Positions 59,125 through 64,000 of a DNA stretch of 64,000 bases are shown here, in pieces. A model generated the notes under the pieces. It saw nothing but the letters and a program-made list of their open reading frames with translations. It was not told the DNA's origin and did no database searches. Source of the DNA: Candidatus Firestoneibacteriota bacterium (GTDB taxonomy: Bacteria > Oederibacteriota > D2-FULL-39-29 > JBBTED01); the NCBI GenBank assembly GCA_038042445.1, contig JBBTED010000018.1, positions 1 to 64,000 of the forward strand, read 5' to 3'. Position 1 is the stretch's first letter; every line of letters begins with the position of its first letter. The translations under genes were made by a program, and so were the position numbers.

Positions 59125-60537
59125 ATGGTAAAAATTACAAAATGGGGTAGGGGTAGAGACGTATTGCAATGCTTTTCTACATTTATAATTTTATCATTTT
59201 TTTCTTCAATTGGTTATGCTGATTTTGAGGATCTTGGTGTTGGGGCAAGATCATTTGGAATGGGTAATGCTTTTTCTGCATTGGCAAATGATGCGAGTGC
59301 GATTTATTATAATCCAGCAGGACTTACTAATATTAAAAATGCTCAAATAATGACTGCTTATGACAGACTTTACCTTGGACTTTCTGATAAAAGTATTTTA
59401 GGGGATGGATTTGTATCGGTTGTTTCTCCTCTTGATGAGGTTACTGGTATTGGAATAAGTTATGTAAATTTTCATCTTGTTAATTATTATCAGGAACATA
59501 CGTTTGTTCTTTCTTATGGCAATAAGATATTTTCTCAGTTGTCTGCCGGTATAAATGTTAAAGGTTTATCCAGAGGTTTAAGTGAAGATATCTATACAAA
59601 AGTTGACCCATTATTTTTGGAAAAAGGGTATACAAAAACAAATTTTAGTTTTGATACAGGTTTGCTCTATAGACCATTTCCAAGTTATTCATTTGCACTT
59701 ACAGCTTATAATATAAATCAACCGGATTTAGGTTTAAAAGACAAAGATATTGTTCCTATGAGTTTAAAATTAGGTTTTGCGTATCGTTATCATGCAAGCG
59801 ATTTTGTTGTAGATTTTGCATATACTAATAAAGATTGGGATGTATATTTTGGAACTGAGAACTGGTTTTTTGAAAGATGTTTTGCACTAAGAGGCGGTGT
59901 TAAAACTGGAAGCAGAGCAGACAATGATTTGAGTGTTGGAATCGGATATAATTCTGGAAACATACAGTTTGATTATGCAGTTCAATATCCATTAAGTGGA
60001 ATAAAAAATACTTTTGGTTCACATCGCATTTCTTTTGGAGTGAAATTTGGAGATGTGCTTCCGGAGTCAGATGATGAATTCGGATATATTCCTATGGTAC
60101 CAAAAGAAGAAATTGAAAAAATCCAAAAAGAAGCAGAAGAGTCTGCACAAATGGTTCAAAAACTAAAAGAGGAGATTGAAAACTATAAAAAGAATTTAGA
60201 AGCCCTATCTGCAGAAAATGAAAAAAATAAAGAAAAAGAAGCAGAAGAATTAACAAAAAAAATTGAGCAATATAATAAAGAAATGACAAAAGCTCTAAAA
60301 TCTGAAGTAGATGCAAGAGAAAAATTAAATAAAATAACTGTAAAAAATACAACATCTATAAAGGTAGATAAAAATACTTATGTAGTTGAAAAAGGTGATA
60401 CTTTAAAATCTATAGCAATAAAGTTATATAATGATGAATCTCGGTGGGTTAGTATTTATAATCTTAACAAAGATAGAATTAAGCAAGGGATTGTTGAGTC
60501 TGGGCAGATTTTGATTTTACCTGAGGAGAGGAAATGA
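59125..60537 (+). CDS. PorP/SprF-like beta-barrel + coiled coil + C-terminal LysM protein
   Basis: Signal peptide ending IGYA; GARSFGMGNAF.A.A.D.SA.YYNPAGL; GSHRIS; E/K-rich coil; YVVEKGDTL..IA..LY....W..IY..N...GQ.L.LP. Confidence 0.75.
   Translation: MVKITKWGRGRDVLQCFSTFIILSFFSSIGYADFEDLGVGARSFGMGNAFSALANDASAIYYNPAGLTNIKNAQIMTAYDRLYLGLSDKSILGDGFVSVVSPLDEVTGIGISYVNFHLVNYYQEHTFVLSYGNKIFSQLSAGINVKGLSRGLSEDIYTKVDPLFLEKGYTKTNFSFDTGLLYRPFPSYSFALTAYNINQPDLGLKDKDIVPMSLKLGFAYRYHASDFVVDFAYTNKDWDVYFGTENWFFERCFALRGGVKTGSRADNDLSVGIGYNSGNIQFDYAVQYPLSGIKNTFGSHRISFGVKFGDVLPESDDEFGYIPMVPKEEIEKIQKEAEESAQMVQKLKEEIENYKKNLEALSAENEKNKEKEAEELTKKIEQYNKEMTKALKSEVDAREKLNKITVKNTTSIKVDKNTYVVEKGDTLKSIAIKLYNDESRWVSIYNLNKDRIKQGIVESGQILILPEERK
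59153..59180. repeat. GTAG...CTAC REP-like imperfect palindrome in frame within the signal peptide
   Basis: gtagagacgtattgcaatgcttttctac, encoding (G)RDVLQCFST. Confidence 0.55.
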
Positions 60538-63500
60538 ATAACAGGTTAGCGGTTCTAAAAATATCCAATGTTATTGTAGCCGCAGAGCGAAGCTCTGCTA
60601 AAAAAGTAGTTGCAAGGTTAAAGACAGCAAAGCTTACGCTTTGCAGCTACATAAATCATATCAAATATATGAGTTTGTTGAATTTTAGAATGGTTAATCT
60701 ATTACCTATTGCTTTTATTTTACTATTAACGGGCCAGGTTTTTGCAACAAGCAGAACAATGAGCGGTACCGTATACACGGATGAGGGAGTGACTAATATT
60801 GGTTCTGGCAAAAATATGGCAATATCAGTTAATGGTGGTGTTGCAACTACTTTTGTAACAGGAGCAAATGGTGTTTATTCAGTAGCTGTAAATGTTACTA
60901 CTAATGACAAAATATGTGTTTACTTAGATAATGAAACAGAAAAAGCTACTTTAGTTACTATAATTCTTGATGCTGACTTAAGTGGATTTAATTTGTACCA
61001 AAATCATTTAATTTTGCGTAAAGAAACAGGTGGTGCTGGAATTAACAATACTGATTTATCAGGTGCAGATAATGGTGATGCTGATATTCTTTATAATGTA
61101 AGTGGAGCTAATTTAACTGTTAATGCAGGAGTTGAATTGTATGTTTGGACAGGACATACTTATGCGTCTGATGGTAATATTAATGCTGATGCAATAAAAA
61201 TTAACGGGATTTTTACTAATACGACTGCAGGTTCAATAATTACTTGTGATGATGCAGGAAGTATTACTGTGAATGGAACTTGGACATTAACTGGAGGTGT
61301 AGGCAATTTAATTTCTTTAAAGTCTGATTTAGCAGGAAGTCAGTTTGATGTAATTAATAACGGTACAGTAAATTTGAGTTATGTTGATTTAAAAGATTGT
61401 AATGCTTCTTCTTCGATTATTGTGACTGATGGAAATGATAGTGGAAATAACACATACGTTATTTTTCAGCCTGCTGTATATGATGGTGCAGTGTTAACAG
61501 GAGATGGTGCTGGAAGTAATTCAGTATCTATTGATTCAATAAGTGGTGTTACAACAGGTGTTCAGATACTTTGCTTTAAAATCAGTAATCCTGCGAGTAC
61601 GGGAAATCAGGCAATAAAAATAGATCAGTTCACAATACATTTAGATGGCTCAAGTACAGCAGTAATTACTAATATTGCAGAAATTGCATTATCAGGTGCA
61701 GTAACTTCAACAGTTACTACTCCTGTTTCTAATGATATTACCTTTGGGACTCCTAATGTAGGTTTTGATGGTGGCATATTGAGTGTTTCTAATAATACTA
61801 CTTCTTCTGATATTGTTGTGAAAATTAAATTAAAAACTACTTTAACTGCTACAGAAACTCAATTCTGGAAATTCAATGTTGATGATGATGATGTTTCAGA
61901 GTCAAATTTGACATCAGATATGATGGGTACAACTGGAGTAGATATAGCTGGTTCAAGTTGTGCATTATCAATTGTTGCTACGAAGTTAGTATGGACAACG
62001 CTTCCTGCAGACACCAGAATAGTAGACGTAAGTGATGAAGTAGTGAGTGGGTTAGTATGGCAGACACAGCCTGTAGTAAAGGCAGTGGATGCAAATAATA
62101 ATGTAGATATAGATTCAGTAGAAACAGTAACATTAAGTTTGGTAGGTGGAGCAGGAACATTTGCTGGAACATTAACAGAAGGATGTGTAAGTGGAGTGGC
62201 AAATTTTGTTGGTAATGGAATAAAGTATACAGTAAGTGGAAATAATGATGGTGAAGGATTTGTCCTAAGAGCAAGTGGAGGTGCATTAACAACAGCAGAT
62301 ACAAGTGGATTATCAGCAGATGTAGTAGCAACGAAATTAGTATGGACTACAGTTCCAGCAGATAGCAGGAGAGTAGATGTAAGTGATGAAGTAGTAAGTG
62401 GATTAGCATTTGAGACACAGCCAGTAGTAAAGCCAGAGGATGATGATAATAAAGTAGATGCAGATTCAACGCAAATAGTAACATTAAGTTTAATAAGTGG
62501 AGTAGGAACATTTGCAGGAACATTAACTAAAGCTTGTGTTCTTGGGGAAGCAAATTTCAGTAGCAATGGAGTAAAGTATACAGTATCAGGTAATAATGAG
62601 GGGGAAACATTTGCAATAAGAGCAAGTGGAGGTAGTTTAACAGCAGCAGATACTGGTTTATTATCATCAGATATAGTAGCAAGTCAGTTGGTGTGGACAC
62701 AATCAGCAAGTCATAGTGGAGTACCGAATGGAGACATAATAAGTGGAGTAGTATTTAATACACAGCCAAAAGTGGAGACAAGAGATGCAGATAATAAGTT
62801 GGATACTGATTATGTGAGTTCAGTAGTTTTAAGTGAGACAGGTGCTGGTTTTTTAAGTGGCACAACATCAGTAGCAGCAGTAAGTGGAGTGGTAACATAT
62901 ACTGGGATAGCATATAATGTGAATGCGGACCAGGAGAGTTTCACATTAAAAGCGGACAGTGGAAGTTTAACACAAGGGTCAGATACAAGTAAGGTGGCAG
63001 ATGTAGTAGCAACGAAATTATCTTTTACTGTCCAGCCACAAGAGACAGGGCAAGCAGCAAATACAATAGTATCAGGTAATGTATTTGACACACAGTCTCA
63101 AGTAGAAGCAAGGAATAATAGTGATAAAAAGGATGTAAATTTTATAGATACAGTTACAGTAGTTGAAACAGGAACAGGTAGTTTAAGTGGAACAAGTTCA
63201 GTAGCAGCAGTGGCAGGTGTAGTAACATTCACTAATTTAGTATATACAGCGGTTGTAGACAATGAGATGTTTAAGTTAAGTGCAGATGATACTCCTGGAG
63301 GGCAGGAAGGAAATTTAACCGGAACATTTGAGTCTGCGAATACAACAGCGAATGTCCTTGCAACAAAATTAGTGTTTGATGTCCAACCTTCATCAAGTGT
63401 AGTTATGAATATTGATGTGGTAATTCATCCTGTCCTTAAAGCTTTAGATGCAAATAATACAATAGATGTTAATAATACTGATACACTTACGATTAGTGCA

Positions 63501-64000
63501 GTATTATCAGCAGATTTGTCACCTGCCCCAGGAATTCTTACCATAACACCTTCTTCTGGTAGTAATATGATAAGTGGTAGTTGGACATCTACACTATTAA
63601 GACATAATACTCCAAATTTAATTAAGATAAAAGTTATTGGAAGTACTGTAGTTGGGCCTTATTATTCTAATGATATAAATGTACTTTTAGATACAACTTT
63701 ACCATCTTCAATTATGGATCTTAGTGCTTCTACAGGAGCTCTTGAAGGAGAAATAAATCTAACATGGACAGCACCAGGTGATGAGGGAAATAGTGGGACG
63801 GTTACAGGTTATCTTGTCCGATATTCAACAAGTCCGATAAATAATCAAACTGATTTTGATAATGCCACTACTTATACACAAAGTTGGTCACCTTTATCGT
63901 ATGGTAATACTGAAAATCAAACTATTACTATGCCAGTAAATGGTGTTACTTATTATATTGCTATTAAAGGTTTTGATGAGGTGCCGAATTATGCTCCATC
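60534..64000 (+). CDS. Very large secreted/surface protein with five Ig-like repeats and an FN3-like domain, 3'-truncated by window edge
   Basis: Not in the ORF track, consistent with no stop before the window end. ATG overlaps the previous stop (alternative starts 60669, 60690). Signal peptide ends GQVFA. A(T/S)(K/Q)L.(W/F) repeats start at 61977, 62328, 62679, 63009, 63360. LTWTAPGD...Y.VRYST lies near 63760-63830. Confidence 0.85.
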   Translation, partial: MNNRLAVLKISNVIVAAERSSAKKVVARLKTAKLTLCSYINHIKYMSLLNFRMVNLLPIAFILLLTGQVFATSRTMSGTVYTDEGVTNIGSGKNMAISVNGGVATTFVTGANGVYSVAVNVTTNDKICVYLDNETEKATLVTIILDADLSGFNLYQNHLILRKETGGAGINNTDLSGADNGDADILYNVSGANLTVNAGVELYVWTGHTYASDGNINADAIKINGIFTNTTAGSIITCDDAGSITVNGTWTLTGGVGNLISLKSDLAGSQFDVINNGTVNLSYVDLKDCNASSSIIVTDGNDSGNNTYVIFQPAVYDGAVLTGDGAGSNSVSIDSISGVTTGVQILCFKISNPASTGNQAIKIDQFTIHLDGSSTAVITNIAEIALSGAVTSTVTTPVSNDITFGTPNVGFDGGILSVSNNTTSSDIVVKIKLKTTLTATETQFWKFNVDDDDVSESNLTSDMMGTTGVDIAGSSCALSIVATKLVWTTLPADTRIVDVSDEVVSGLVWQTQPVVKAVDANNNVDIDSVETVTLSLVGGAGTFAGTLTEGCVSGVANFVGNGIKYTVSGNNDGEGFVLRASGGALTTADTSGLSADVVATKLVWTTVPADSRRVDVSDEVVSGLAFETQPVVKPEDDDNKVDADSTQIVTLSLISGVGTFAGTLTKACVLGEANFSSNGVKYTVSGNNEGETFAIRASGGSLTAADTGLLSSDIVASQLVWTQSASHSGVPNGDIISGVVFNTQPKVETRDADNKLDTDYVSSVVLSETGAGFLSGTTSVAAVSGVVTYTGIAYNVNADQESFTLKADSGSLTQGSDTSKVADVVATKLSFTVQPQETGQAANTIVSGNVFDTQSQVEARNNSDKKDVNFIDTVTVVETGTGSLSGTSSVAAVAGVVTFTNLVYTAVVDNEMFKLSADDTPGGQEGNLTGTFESANTTANVLATKLVFDVQPSSSVVMNIDVVIHPVLKALDANNTIDVNNTDTLTISAVLSADLSPAPGILTITPSSGSNMISGSWTSTLLRHNTPNLIKIKVIGSTVVGPYYSNDINVLLDTTLPSSIMDLSASTGALEGEINLTWTAPGDEGNSGTVTGYLVRYSTSPINNQTDFDNATTYTQSWSPLSYGNTENQTITMPVNGVTYYIAIKGFDEVPNYAP
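60575..60651. repeat. REPIN-like inverted GTAG/CTAC hairpin pair at the 5' end of the giant gene
   Basis: tgtagcc-gcagagc-gaa-gctctgc ... gcaaagc-ttac-gctttgc-agctaca. Confidence 0.7.

Noticed and set aside
61859..63091. Minus-strand ORFs 61859..62566, 61978..62331, 62810..63091
   Set aside because: Antisense shadows of the repetitive giant + strand gene.

Overview
AT-rich bacterial window with all credible genes on the + strand; no rRNA, tRNA, CRISPR array, transposase or integrase was recognised. It has four parts. (1) <1-872: the 3' part of a PorP/SprF-like beta-barrel gene. (2) 1002-41887: a co-directional ~41 kb surface-glycan/glycoconjugate-type cluster. It holds nine radical SAM genes (six cobalamin-binding type, three SPASM/twitch type), two split TPP-enzyme pairs, NDP-sugar SDRs, a GHMP sugar kinase, a His-for-Lys ColD/E1-type PLP enzyme, one DPM1-like GT2 and six putative GT-C membrane proteins. 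Four of the GT-C genes form a tandem mosaic paralog array, followed by an MNT-HEPN module and a ~70 bp remnant copy of the paralogs' 3' end. (3) 42033-55539: a PTS operon interrupted by a GH57 gene, then PGI/PMI, WecB/TagA, metK, ahcY and two sugar ABC permeases; both sugar-uptake promoters carry the same palindrome at the same position. (4) 55669-64000: a sensor kinase and a sigma-54 activator with two HTHs, then a consensus -24/-12 promoter with palindromic upstream sites. These precede a second PorP/SprF-like barrel fused to a coiled coil and LysM, and a giant secreted repeat protein that runs off the window. At least four families of short palindromic repeats (REP/RPE-like) are scattered throughout, many inside or overlapping coding sequence. 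All functional calls come from motif recognition by eye; no database searches were run.
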